64,000 nucleotides of DNA from Lama guanicoe (Eukaryota): NCBI GenBank assembly GCA_013239625.1, contig MU056991.1:12241119-12305118 (forward strand), written 5' to 3'. The translations under genes and the position numbers were made by a program. Position 1 is the stretch's first letter. Each line of letters starts with the position of its first letter. The notes beneath the pieces were generated by a model, which saw only the letters and a program-made list of their open reading frames with translations, did no database searches and was not told the DNA's origin. Below, piece by piece: positions 1-14,484 of the stretch.

Positions 1-202
1 GAGGGTCCACAGGCCTCAGGGAGGGGCTTGACACAGGCCCAGAGTCCACACCGCTCCTGTGTTCCCCTTGCTGTTCGTCAGAAAGCTGGGGGTGCAGACC
101 TTGGAGGGACGGTGACTGCAGAGCTCAGCCCCACCACTAGCCAAGGCAGCAGAGGACAGAGCAGGAAGGACCCTGGGAGGCCTGCAGTGCAAGTTCCTGC
201 AG

Positions 203-258
203 CTCCTGGTGGTCTTTTCCCCGTTAGCATCTCCTGGTGGTCTTTTCCCCGTTAGCAT
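203..258. repeat. Perfect 28-bp tandem duplication
   Basis: ctcctggtggtcttttccccgttagcat at 203-230 and again at 231-258. Confidence 0.9.
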
Positions 259-904
259 CTGATCTCCAGGGGCAGGCAGAAAGAGTGAGTCCCTCCTCAC
301 CACAACAGCCCTTTGGACATTTGGAGAGCACTCTTCTGCCCAGTCTGAGCATTCCCCTGGCCAGCGTCCACCACCACCGTTCCTCTGACCCCTGCATGAC
401 CCACTTTCACGTCCCAGTGGCGTCCTCGTATATGGATGTGCTTCTGTGTATCTGGTTCTCTGAGAATGATTCTGGGAGAATCTTGACCATTTTTAAATGC
501 GACCAGGGTGAGCAGTTGATAAGAAGGGCCCTGGTTTAGAATTCAGAATGGTATGGGTTTTATTCAGTATTAACATTTAAATCTGTATTGTTGCTGCTTC
601 CCTCTGCTGGTCCCTTGGCCCCAGTCTAGACTTGCTGGGTAACGAGCACACAGTGGGCGTGGCAGGGCTGTGGTGTGCTCCATGGACAGTGACTAGGCTG
701 TGTTAGGATCAGGGTGACCCCACATCCCCATCGTCCAGCAGCCTTCATGCATTATTTCGGTTCAAAACACACAAGTTTATGGCACAGCGTATGTGGAATG
801 TGTAAGAAAACTGGAAAGTCAGGATTTAAAAATCCTCAGGGCACTTCGACACATGATGTAGGTGAGGAATGCATAAGCTTATGTTTATGCAGTAACAGCA
901 ACAG

Positions 905-1030
905 TTGTTGAGCACTTGGCATGCTCTGCTAAGCGTTTTACATGGAATATTTCATTTAACCATCATCACGGTCCTGCAAGGTAGATGATATTCTCTTCCC
1001 TGTTTTTCTGGATAAGGGAAAGTGTAGAGG
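905..1030 (-). mobile_element. MIR SINE fragment
   Basis: ttgagcactt...ctaagcgttttacatgg...tttcatttaaccatcatcac...aaggtagatgatatt resembles the MIR core. Confidence 0.55.
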
Positions 1031-1739
1031 TTTGATCTCACGCTTGTGTGATGGCTGAAGTTGATTCTTTAGCACGGTAGAGGTCCTGCCCTGTTTTTTA
1101 CTGATACTGAGGGCCTCAGTACCGCCCTTAAGTCAGGGGTGATGCACTGGACGCGGTCAGCAACGTTTGCTGACCCAGCTGAGGCAGGTTAGTGGTGCCT
1201 AGACTGTCGCTTCCTGTTTGTGCTTTAAATGTCAGTGCAGCCTCCCATGTCTCAGAGCAGCCTCTTGGCCTCAGGAGCAGCCCTGTGTTTTAGCTCGAAC
1301 GGCTCAGCGCCTGCACTTGTGCTTTGTGTTTCTGCAATCCCTGCCTTTCAGCTATGGTCTTAGCTCTGGCATAGTCCCCGCCAGAATCTTCCAGGCCATC
1401 TTGTCTGTGCCAAGAGATACGTGGAGTTTTGACATCAGAAGGGCCTGAGCCCTGGATGCTGCGCTGGCTTGTTCCAAAGCTCCAGAGTGACTGCTGTCCC
1501 CCTCCTGGCAGCCAAATGTGTCCTGAAATGGATGAAGTCAGCTATAGACACTGCCTGGACAGACGGCGAGCTCCTGAGAGCTCTGAGTGCACGCGGTGTG
1601 AGCAGGGCCTGGCTGAGCTGCGTTAACATAGCATTAGGATGCTGTGTCAATGCTGAGTCATGGGCTCTCAGCATTTTGATAGCTCTGTTTCTTCCTCTTG
1701 TATCCTGTATCTTCCTTTTATATCCTGTATCTTTTTCAG

Positions 1740-1839
1740 AAAGAGAAAAGGCGACGAGGTGGATGGAACGGATGAAGTGGCCAAGAAGAAACCTAAAAAA
1801 GAAAAAGACAAGAATAGTAGGCTTGAAAAGGCCCTCAAG
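1740..1839 (+). CDS. PARP1: PARP1 exon 5 (bipartite NLS, caspase-3/7 site DEVD|G)
   Basis: ttttcag|A AAG AGA...CTC AAG|gtgagt; [33 protein letters not shown]; 100 nt. Confidence 0.97.
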
Positions 1840-3650
1840 GTGAGTCCCAAGCTGGGTGTCTCCTCTTCCTCATCCTGGGAGGAAAGTTCGAAGGAGGTGT
1901 GTGTGTCCTGCTTACCAAGACCTTTAAAAATTCCCAAATCGATAGCTTCTGTTAAATCACCTTCTTTTCCCTGGATTTTCTTCTCTCCTCCCAAAGAAAC
2001 GGTTCTTTTTCAAAAGCACCCACATTGGTGCCAGACCAGCAGCCAGGCTCAGGCAGGAGCTGTGCCACCTGCTCTACTCACCAGCCTCACGCTGGGATGG
2101 TCAGTTCATGCTTTGGCTACAGGATGCACCACTGCGCATCCCAGACCTGTAAGGTCACTTGCACTTTGGAAACTGGATATTAAATTCAAGGATACCAAAG
2201 GTTCTTAGCACAGACAATGGCTTGAAGAGAGAACATTATTCCGTACTTTTAAATGACAATCTCTGATTGAAAAAAAAGAAATCGAAAGCATGCAGTTGAA
2301 AGAAGACTGACTGTGCATTAGATCAGTGGTCACTACTGACCAGAGCGATTCATCACTGTGTTAGTTACACGTGTGTTGAAGCCAAATAAAAATTATGAAG
2401 CAGAAAATACTGGGTGTTTCGGAAACGAGGGAGCGCAGTCTCTGCCTAGGAACATGATTTCCATGAGCCCTCTGCTGGGCTTTCTTGGGTGAGCATTCTG
2501 TTTTTGCTGGTGGTATAAAAACTGGAAGCAACTTCTAGTCTGGTTCCAGTAGCTTGACAAGAATTACAAATGTGAGGCGGGGCTGTCCTTCAATAAAGAA
2601 TGTCTGTTTTGTGCCAGCTGGCTGCAGCGAGGCTCCGGTGCTCTTTGGCATTTGCCCTTCAGTGGGCTTAATGTTCTCCCCTGTCTCCAGTGTTGTCAGG
2701 GGTGAAAAAAAAAGTCAGAAAATTGAAACACTCCACAGCTTCCTGACCCTGTCGCATCTGTCTCTGCTGGCCTGGCCATGTAGGCGAAATCATTCTGCCG
2801 CTTTGATCTCACCTTGTGCCCTAAGACTTTTTCCTTGTGCTCTTTCCTCTTCGTTACCGGTGGCCGAGCACGTGCTGCTCAGGGGTGGGTGTTACTGGAA
2901 AAGCCCTGACAGTGAGGCTGGGACAGGATGAGAATGTGTGTGATGCAGCTTTGTCAGTTAAAGTCCTCCTCCTCGGTGCTGAGGGGGCCTGTTTTTCATC
3001 CATTTTGCAGAGGTGGGGTCTGAGGCTGAGATGTGAGAACCTTGCCCACTACCCTAAACAGGGAGGAGGCGCTCTCCTGCCCTGCCTCTAAGGTGGGGAG
3101 GCTACGGCCTTCCTGGGCAAGGCACTCGTGAGGATAAATGAGGTGACATGAAAAGATTGCCATGAAGAGTAGGCACTAAGACTTAAAATTCCATTTTCAG
3201 GACAGCTTAAATCTATTTCTTTGTGACACAGAGTGTAGCACAAGGAGAAGGTAGTTGGAGGTGTTTGGGGATTGTCCCTACTCGCCTTCCGATTGTTGAA
3301 GCGCCACCCCCTGCTCCCCCTGGTGCTGGGCGTTGGGGCACAGAAACCTGGTGCTACGGTGCTTTTCTGTGTGTCCTGAGACTTGTTTCTGCAGGTGGAT
3401 TCCAGGGTCCCGGTGCCTGGGCTGCAGCCTTCCCACCCCCTGCAGGGCTTCCCCCAGCACCCTCTCCGGGCCGACCCTAACCACACGGGCGTGTATGGGG
3501 CGCAGTCCCAGTGTTGCGGCAGCTTTGGGGACAGCTCAGCCAAGGGATAGGCTATGATTGGAGTCTAGGCAAGACCAGGATGGAATCTCCCTCCAGTTGG
3601 GTTTTTCTTTGGAAAAAAGTTGGTGTCTCAGCTGCAGGGTCTCTGTGCAG

Positions 3651-3767
3651 GCCCAGAACGAGCTGATCTGGAACATCAAGGACGAACTGAAGAAAGCATG
3701 TTCGACGAATGACCTGAAAGAGCTGCTCATCTTCAACAAGCAGCAAGTGCCGTCCGGGGAGTCGGCG
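3651..3767 (+). CDS. PARP1: PARP1 exon 6 (Zn3/PADR1 N-part)
   Basis: gtgcag|GCC CAG...TCG GCG|gtgagc; [39 protein letters not shown]; 117 nt. Confidence 0.97.
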
Positions 3768-4354
3768 GTGAGCTGCCTTTGTGTTACGGGAGCCGCGAGC
3801 CGGGCGCCCAGGCGGTGTGCGGTGACTGCCCCGGTGGAGTGTGGGAGGCCCTCCGATTGAACACCTGCTGGTATTAATTGGGAGTGAAACGCCATGGTCG
3901 TGTTGCATGGTCATCGCCATCGAGGTCTCCATTTCTGGGGGCAGGAAGGGGCAGGCGCTCAAGGACTCAGGTAGCTGTGCCCCTGCCTCGTGTGTTCATG
4001 CCACACACTTTGGCCCAAGAAGCTCTCTCTGCTGCCTTCTTCCCATACTCCCCAAGGGCCGCCAGGTCTGTTTCCCCCTCGTGCCCCGCCCTGCTGCCAC
4101 TCTCGGAGGAGAGGTAGACACTGTTCCTTGTGCAGAAACAGTGGGTGCTCTGGGCTCTCCCTTTATTTGTAAGTCACTGAGCGAAGGAGATGCTGCAGGA
4201 ACACTTCATGTGTGGAAATAAGGTCTCTTAAAGACAAAAATCCAAGCTCCACCTGTGACCACCTCCCCAAGGAATGTTAAGGAGCTTCAGGACAGGACCT
4301 CCCTTCTTTTTTAGTGAGTGAGGTCTGTGTAGATTCTTCATCCCACATTGGTAA

Positions 4355-4786
<432 letters not shown>

Positions 4787-7000
4787 TAACTGGAGCACAG
4801 GTTTGTCTCATTGGTTTGAAATCCTCTTGCTTGCAAAGAACCTGGATTATTTTTATTTCTGTTTATAAGTGCCTACCCTCTGCCAGACACTGTTCTAGGC
4901 ACAAGGGACACAGTAAACAAATGGTAATTCCTGCCTTTATGATAGAGTTTTTCTCAAGGACATTTCCTTGCCTTTGTGCTAGAGGGGGAGTTGGGTCCAG
5001 AGTTCACATATCTCCAGTCGATGTCTCTTTGTTGAATTCTCAGAATGCAAAACACCTCAGTTGGGGAACCTTGTTTGGCGTCGTGCTGGTGGAGAGCCAG
5101 CAGTGTCTTTAGGGGCTGGCTACTGGAAGGACTCCCCCGGGCCCTCAGACTCGGTGCAAGCTGGCGCCCCACCACCTGGGGCTGTTGTGGCTCTGTGGTT
5201 CACGGGGATTCGGGATTTGATGTCCGTCAGGTTCATTCACTGCCTGAGCTTTCTCCTGGGGGATTGAGCATTTGGACCAGTGATACACAGTGAGCACTCC
5301 GTAGTTGTGGCTTGATTATCCCACGTTTTTGGCACCACCATCTCGACGTCTAGAGCTGAGCTCCATTTCCCACTGGCCCTCTAATGCTCCTTCCTTTCTC
5401 CTCTGTTCACAACCATAATTACTCTAAGCTTTCTCTACACTTCCCACTTGCGTGAGCGCTTAAAACAAATCTGACCTCGTCACTTCCCCGACCCTTAAAA
5501 TCTTAACAGTGATTCCCCATTTCCGGTGGAAATATTTTCCCAGTTTTTCTGAGAATGTCAGTATTACACTCATTTGTGTTATTTGTATCCCTTTTAATAC
5601 CTTAGGTTGGGGGGAAAAGCTTGTAATATGAACTATTCTGTATTTTATACATCAATTGCATGGTGTCTGTGGATACTTTTAAAAGATTATTTTAAAAGAG
5701 TACATGCATATGCAAGACGTTTTGTCAGGTTGAGGGGGCTTGCTGCCCATGCAGATTCACAGGTTTACAGACCACATGTAGGGGCTTTGCTGCCCCCAGA
5801 GGCTTGGACTATGGAATCAAGGTCAGCTCCTTAGCTTAAACCCCCTCCCCCAAGGCCTTCCATGACCTGGCTCTGTCAGCTTCCTACAGCCCCGCTTTCT
5901 GCACCTTTTTTCTCCTAGCATACCACTCACACCACGCCGACACACACATGAGCACACACACACACTCCCTCTCCCCACCCCAGCCCCCTCTGTCTCTGTA
6001 ATTCATTACACGCTCAGTTGTTGGCAGCTAACTACTAGGGACCCCAGCATACCACGACATCAGTCAGATACCTTTTCCTGAGACAGCCCCCTGCTTTTTC
6101 AGTTCCCAGCTGACTTAGCAGGTCACTGCCTCCAAGGAGCACTTCCAGTGTTCCCAGTGTTACCTCCCTGCATCACTTAAGCACACCTCTGGTTTAGAAG
6201 CCAGCTCCTATATGGTGGTTTACTTTCATATATCTGACTCTTAGTCAAGGCCGAGCTCCTTTCTCAAGGGCAAAAACTTCTAACCTCTCTGGGATGTGTG
6301 GCACATGTTCAGTGCTTAGCATATGTTTTACCCAGTGGGCAGTCATTGATCATGGATCTAGCAGGGAAAGGCTGTTTCTGGATGGGATGAAGACTTAGAA
6401 GGGCAGGGACTGTGGTCTCCCTGAGCCTCATATATGTGATGTTTATTGAGTGACCACTTGGAGCACAGCCCGCTGTGAATCACCTGGGGTGCAGGTGGAC
6501 TGTACTGATGGCAGATTTGGTGTTGGATCCTGACAGTTGTTGAGCTCCCTGCATCCATAGGCCCTTCTTCTGGGAAGGGAAGGGAATTACCCTGATTTCC
6601 TTCTGGGTAATAATCTCTATCAGTGTGTGTAGTCTTGGGCGGGGCTTGCCGTCATGGGATGGGCGTGTTGACCCTTGAGGGGAACAACGTGAGAATGAGA
6701 CCTGGGAGGTTGTAATCACGTTCCCTGCAGTGGTTCCCTGACCGCTATCAGCTGGTGTGTGGGTGTGTGTGTGTTTAAAGATTTCTTAAAGCATCACAGT
6801 ACCAGCTCTGTTATAAATGTAGAAGCACTAGAAATAAGCACCACATCAGCAGTAATGCTGTATTTCATACTAAAAGCCTCATATCTTCCTATTTTATGTT
6901 ATTCTTTATTATAAGAAAAAGAGATTCTTTAATTCTTTGCTCTATCAAGTGGTTATTTCAAGGGAGAACTGGTTTCTTAACTAAAACTTAAACTCCTCAG

Positions 7001-7145
7001 GAATTCCGAGAGATCTCTTGCTTCAAGAAACTGAAGATCAAAAGGCAGGACCGTATATTCCCCCCAGAGACCAGCGCCCCAGTGGCAGCGGCACCCCCGC
7101 CCTCTGCAGCCTCAGCGCCTGCTACAGTGAACTCTGCTCCACCAG
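7001..7145 (+). CDS. PARP1: PARP1 exon 8 (Zn3 C-terminus, Pro/Ala linker); missed by the ORF track
   Basis: ctcctcag|GAA TTC...CCA CCA G|gtaggg; [48 protein letters not shown]; 145 nt. Confidence 0.96.
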
Positions 7146-8307
7146 GTAGGGCTCCAGGACTGACCTCAGGTAGGAGGGCTGGGCCCCCATCTTAGGAGGA
7201 AGGAAGTATCCCTCTGAGTTCTTTTTTGGCTGATCCTGTGGGGAAGCCCTGCCCCTGTTCTCCCCACCCCACCCCCAGCAGAAGCAGGAAGGCTGGGGAA
7301 GGGGGCTTCCAAATAAGGCCAGGTAGACAGTTTCCCTGCACGGGCATCGAAGTATCCTGTCTGATTCTGCACTACAGAGCCGCATTCCGGGTCTCACCTT
7401 TGGATTTCTGTGAAGCCCTGCTCCCAACAGTCATCCGAGCCTGATGTGATGCTGGGTCTCGATCTCATACAGATACATACTGTGATCAGTGTCAGGAGAA
7501 ATACTCCACACTAGCAAAGACAGTGAGATCAGTTTGTGCTTTTCTGGCAGAAGAGACCCAGTCTTTGTACTCAGGGACACGTGGTGCTGTCTAACAGTTA
7601 TGGCCACAATGTAATGGGTGGAGGACGAGGATTCGTCCATGAACACGAGCCCTTCAGTGACCTCCTCCCATCCCCTGGGGAGGAGGCATGTGGCTGGTCA
7701 TCCTGAGTCTACCCTGCTGCTTGCAGCCTGGGTCCAAGAGCACATGTGGTGGGCCAGGCAGGGTTGGGGTCGAGGCCCTGCCTGGAGGATCCCTCCTGCT
7801 TCCCCCTCCCTTGCATTTCACAACTAAGTGATTCTGTTCCGTGCAGAGACCTCGGCCAGCTCTCAGGTAGACCCTCTGGGTGTCCCTGGTTGTTTGCTCT
7901 CACAGGGACCACTTACAGGACGTCTCCCCACAGTGTCTCTTCTCTGTAAATGTGGAGCCAGCTCTGTACATTCCCATTTGTAACAAACAGGAGGCACATC
8001 CCTGTCCTGGGTCTTTCTGGCCTGGGATCATTGCTGGACACCTAAAACGTCACAGTTTTCTTTGCTTGAATCGGTTGTCCCACCTCAGTGTGGTCTTGTG
8101 ACCAGAGCTTCCAGTGACTGTGGTGGACAAGCCTGATTTTTGAAATGGGGTTAATTAGTGAAGTACTGCATAAGAATTGTAGTTTATTTTTAGACATGGG
8201 TGGGAAGAGAATAATGGTAGAAGTTGGGAGTTCACATGACCTACCCCCTGGCTTCCCACCCACTGCCCAGCATCCTGGTCCTTTAGCACCAAACACAGCC
8301 TCCCTAG

Positions 8308-8814
<507 letters not shown>

Positions 8815-9417
8815 TGAGGGACGTGCCCAGCATGGTGTCTGGCACACAGAGGGCCCCACATGCATCTCTCATCATCTCCGGCACCATTCTGGTTCTCTGT
8901 GGAGGAAAGTCGGTATTGCTGCTCCCTGTTGTGGTCTCTATTCATGTGTCTAAAACTCCCAACTAGAGATGAGCGCACAGTTCTCATGCCTATCGCTGTC
9001 CCACGAAGTGCTGGTAGGTTCACCACCAAAACAACAGTTCACAGCTTAGGTATGTTTGGAAATTGCAGCGGTGAGCAAACTGAACAGGTTTCTTTGCAGG
9101 CTTACTGTGAAAAGAGACCACTAAGTCTCCAAGCCCATAAAACTGTATCCCACTCTTCCCATATGGATCTGAATTCTGGGTCCTTTTTCTGTGGAATGCC
9201 TGGTAACATCTCCTGTAGAAGAGTTTGAGGCCCTCACTCATCACACCTTAGAAAAAGGGGGATGTGGCTGGTGAGAGACTATTGTTGAAATGAACAAGGT
9301 CCCTGAGCACTAGAGTTTGGAGGAAAGGAGAGCTGTGGGTGATGAGGGTTGGGACGTACCAGTAAATAACAACTCTGTAGTGATTTCACGTTTAAAACTT
9401 GTTTCCTTCCGATTTGA

Positions 9418-9768
<351 letters not shown>

Positions 9769-9922
9769 TGAAGGTCTGTTGAACGCTGCCCACACCAATG
9801 TTCTCAATTCATGTTCCCTGGGCACCGAGTGGCAGGGGATTCAGGATGGTGGGAGGCAGCACACAGAGGCCACATTGGCATGTGATACAGGTGATGATGA
9901 CCCGCCTGCCCTGCCTTTCCCC

Positions 9923-10017
9923 CTTTTTTTTTCCCCCAAATGGAGGTACTGGGGATTGAATCCAGGACCTTGTGCACGCTAAGCATGCACTCTACCACTG
10001 AGCTGTACCTTCCCCTC
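9923..10017 (-). mobile_element. tRNA-Ala(AGC)-derived SINE (camelid vic-1-like), short-tailed copy
   Basis: Reverse complement ggggaaggtacagctcagtggtagagtgcatgcttagcgtgcacaaggtcctggattcaatccccagtacctcca plus A tail; pol III A box present, B box mutated. Confidence 0.8.
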
Positions 10018-10019
10018 AC

Positions 10020-10258
10020 TTTTTTTTTTCTTTCCTTTTCTCTTTTGTTTTTTTGGTTTGTTTTTGTTTTTTCGAAGTATAGTTGGTTTACAGTGTGTTA
10101 ATTTCTGGTGTACAGCATAGTGTTTCAGTTATACGTATGTATATATAAATATATATATTTCTTTTCATAGTCTTTTTCATTACAGGCCATTATAAGGTAT
10201 TGAATATAGTTCCCTGTGCTACACATAAGACTTAGTTGTTTATTTTATATATAGTAGT
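10020..10258 (-). mobile_element. 5'-truncated L1 3' end (cetartiodactyl type)
   Basis: Poly-T then gaagtatagttggtttacag...tttctggtgtacagcatagtg...gaatatagttccctgtgcta; related copies at 25.5, 26.1, 36.4, 37.4, 40.4 and 62.6 kb. Confidence 0.8.
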
Positions 10259-10319
10259 TAACCTTTACTTTTTAATTTATTTTTAACTTAATGTTTACAT
10301 TTCTCTGTCCCCTTCCAAG

Positions 10320-10388
10320 GTCCCAACAAATCTGAAAAGAGAATGAAATTAACTCTTAAAGGAGGAGCAGCTGTCGACCCTGATTCTG
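10320..10388 (+). CDS. PARP1: PARP1 exon 11
   Basis: ttccaag|GT CCC AAC...GAT TCT G|gtaagg; [23 protein letters not shown] (S519 equivalent); 69 nt. Confidence 0.96.
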
Positions 10389-10525
10389 GTAAGGAAACGA
10401 GAGTGAGCGGAGTGGGCCGTGCCCCGCCCTCCTGCCTCACGGCTCCCCAGCCCTGGGGGCACATGCGCCTTGTGGGGAAGCTCCTGTAAGTGGTGCTGAT
10501 GTATCTGAGCAGGTGTTGGCCCTGA

Positions 10526-10840
<315 letters not shown>

Positions 10841-12509
10841 TAGTGCTACCTCGCACTCCCCAGTTACTCAAGGCATTTGGTTTGCCTCATTTTTAATTTT
10901 TATTTTTTAACGTGGTGGAGCCAGGTAAGAACCGGTTCTGGGGTGCTGAGAGTCTGGACTGGCTTGACCATCCACACCTTTCCAGTCAGGATGGTCCTCT
11001 GCTGAACTGATGATCCCTCATTACAGCAGTGTGGAATGGGAGCTTTAATTTGGTGGAAAGGTGTGTGGAAGGAACTGTTGTTAAATCCTAATGGTGAAGA
11101 GCGGGGGAAACACTTCCATATATTAAACTGGCCTTTTCTTTTTAGCAAATGAAAACAGTATACCCATTGGAACTCCAGGGATCCAAAAAGCTTTACTGGT
11201 TGGAAGACAAGCCCCCATGGTGGTGGCAGCCTTGGGGGGATAGTCAGTGACTGGTGATTCTTGATTGGCCTCGGGTTGCAGGCACTGGCAGCCTCAGGTC
11301 TTCCCGCCTCTTCAGCTTTCGTTAAACCTTTCATTTTAAAATGAAGTGATCCTGAAAGAGTACAAAGTGTCTGTGGCTACTTAAAATCTCTGAAGAAATA
11401 AAACTCTTATGTCATTAAGTTTATTACCTACTCTTGTCCAAGATTTGAAGGTCAAAATACGGTTTCTTGCTTGGAAAACGTACCTTCCAAAAGCTAGATG
11501 TGCGTTGTAGTGCAGGAAAAGGAATGGGGTTCTTGTAGAAATATGCTGAGTGCCGTAGTTTGTTAAACAGCGGGCAGTGGGAACAGAATTGTCCATCACC
11601 AACAAAAAAGAAATTCTAGTGGTGATTTCGAACATGTTTGTTTTTCTCGTGGCCTAGATTTATTGGTTTTTAGAGAGAAAGTAATGTGGGCTGTTGAAGT
11701 CAGAAACTTTTCAGGATAGGTCAGTGTGGTGTCCTCCATACATTTCCAGGGGGAAAAAACCCCAGCAGAAAATGAATTTATACACTGCTGGGCGGTAGGC
11801 CAGAAAACCAGTAGAAGCCCCAAATTTTCATTGAAATCTCTGATTTTATCTTTAAAATGCATACAGATCTTTCTGGGTTTCTGATATATCTGTATTTATT
11901 TAAAATTTAACTTGTGCATTACTTCCTCTAAGAAAAGTTAACTTGCTCAAAGGCCAGGCAGCACAGTCCCTGGGGTACCCGGAACATGGGCCCTAGATTG
12001 AGACGGAAACTGGGGGTGATAGCTTGGATCTGTAGGTGGCTAACCCTGCAGGCCACCGTCTCACCTGCTCCCGTCTCATCACATCTCAGCCTCTGATCTG
12101 AGCCAAACGTTCTTCTGTTTAGTACGTGTCATTAATGGTCAATTCGCCTTGAACACGACTTCCAAATGATAGTTGCTGTGTTCCTTTGCGGAGAAGAATT
12201 GGATGTTTTTTATGTAAAGGTCTGTAGGCACTGGGATTTATTCCTCAAGTTTGCCTGGCAGATCCAAGGTTAACCTGTTGTTTGGTACTTTTTATAACTC
12301 ATTTGCCAATATGATTTGGAAGGTCTTTTTTAAATTACTTTAAACTTATGACCCTCAGTTTAATAAAAAGTAAAATAGGGTCCTTTATTTTAATACCAAC
12401 TTCTTTTGTTCCTCTGCGTCAATCACCATCATTTTGGGGTGTTTGCAGTTCTTTCTCACCCAAGTGGAATGGCAAGAAGGAAAACTCATCCTGAACTGTG
12501 ACTGCCTGA

Positions 12510-12758
<249 letters not shown>

Positions 12759-12824
12759 TAATGCTCTTACACTGTCTAGTTCTAGTAAAAGGAAGGGATC
12801 CTCTAGTCTTTTAAAAACATGCTG

Positions 12825-13240
12825 TGGATCAGATGGCTTCATTGGTGAATTACCAAACATTTAAAGAATTAATACTGGTTGTTCATAAACTCTTCCAAAA
12901 CAGAAGAGGAGGGAATACTTTCCAACTCATTAGATAAGGCCAGTATTACCCTGATACAAAAAACAAAGACATCACAAGGAAAATACAGACCAATATCCCT
13001 ATGACTGTAGCTGCAAAGGCCTCAGCAAAATACTAACCTGAATCAAGCAGCATGTGAGGATTTAAACACCATGATGGAGTGGGTTTTATCCCAGGAATGC
13101 AAGGTTGGTTCAACATGCAAAAATCAAATGAGTATAATGTAACATGAATAGAATAAAAGACAGAAGCTACACAGTCGTCCCAATAACAGAGGGAAAGCAT
13201 TTAATAAAATCCACTGCGTTTTCATGAATAAAATCTGAAC
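12825..13240 (+). mobile_element. Old L1 ORF2 (RT N-terminal region) fragment in intron 13
   Basis: cagatggcttcattggtgaat...ccaactcat...gccagtattaccctgatac...ccaggaatgcaaggttggttcaacat (PDGFxGE, ITLI, PGMQGWFN motifs). Confidence 0.85.
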
Positions 13241-13826
13241 TATGAAGTATGAGGTGGAACTTAGATGAGAACAGTGTTAGCATTTTTAAGACTGTCAAGG
13301 AGGCACAGTCTTTCAAGTTTTTCCCTAAACATAGCAGGGAGTAATTCATAGATTCCAGGTGAGGTTTCTTACCCGAAACTGCATTTCATCATAGGTCATG
13401 CAACTTGCTTTCTCATCAAGGTAGAATTATAGTGACTCAACATGCTCCACTAGGTCACAGTTTATATTACCAAACAGCCTTCCATTGTCTCTCGGCTAAT
13501 ATTTTTGTGGCCATTTGTTTTGACAAAATGCTTACCTTGTTTTTACAGGAAAACCTGCTTTTATAATGGGTGGGAGGGATGCACATTTATTCTGCAGAAA
13601 GAGACTTGTAGGTGGTACAGATTTTAATTCCAAGTCTTTGAGGCCTAGCACATCTCAGAGGGGGAACTCTTAGTTTATGGAAAGTGTCATGAGCTGTACC
13701 ATTAAAAGTAGAAATTAAGTCTTATGTAATGTTGAGATCGAGAACTTGGACTTTAAGTTCACACAGACTTGTCTAACTCAGCGCTGTCCCCTACTGAGTT
13801 TATTTTTCCCATTTCAAAAGTATGTA

Positions 13827-14020
13827 CAGTTGACCCTTGAATGACACAGGTTTGAACTACGTGGGTTCACATACATGTGGATTTTTTTGCAGTAGTAAAT
13901 ACTGCAGTGCTATGATCTGTGGGTGTCATACTGAGGATAGGGAGAAAGCACATATACAGAGGGGCCAACTCTCAGATATACAATGGCACAAAAAATTAAA
14001 ATCACCCAGAGTTAACTGCA
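13827..14020 (+). mobile_element. Tigger2a-like DNA transposon MITE
   Basis: ta|CAGTTGACCCTTGAATGACACAGGTTTGAACT terminus; degenerate right end gttaactg. Confidence 0.7.
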
Positions 14021-14169
14021 GTTAAAATCATGGTGTATGTCTTTATAGTCTTCTTTCACTTCACAGGCACTTCCCCCCCATAACACTGGAATCTCTCCTT
14101 ACATACTGTTTTGCCACCACCTGCTTTCTGCCTTAATGTACCGGGAGCATTTCCCCATGCCTTCTAGAG

Positions 14170-14484
14170 CAGTGCTGTTCAGCAGAAATACGAAGCCGCC
14201 TATGCAACTGTAAATATTTCAGTAGCTACATTTTTTTTTCTAGTAGCTGCATTTTAAAGGGCAAAACGAAACAGTGAAATTCGTACTAGTTATTAAACTA
14301 GTTATTTAACTAGTTATTAACCAGTATGTCCAAAGTATCATTTTGGTATATTGGTATCACTCAGATTTTTTTTTTTTTCCTAAATAAATCTTTGAAAACC
14401 GGTGTATTTTTTAGCTCTTACAATACATCTCAATTCAGACTGGCCACATGTTAAAACCAGTGGCTGCTGTATTAAACTGCACTG
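14170..14484. mobile_element. MER33-like hAT-Charlie element
   Basis: cagtgctgttcagcagaaata...tagtagctacatt...catctcaattcagactggccacat...gtggctgctgtatt. Confidence 0.65.

Noticed and set aside
1699-1739. TATCCT motifs before exon 5 resembling a U12 donor
   Set aside because: They are a short duplicated unit (tatcctgtatctt twice) in the polypyrimidine tract of a normal acceptor and lack the TT of RTATCCTTT.
9941-10017. tRNA-Ala-like sequence as a true tRNA gene
   Set aside because: Mutated B box, disrupted stems, genomic CCA plus A tail, and two related tailed copies in the window indicate a SINE or retrocopy.
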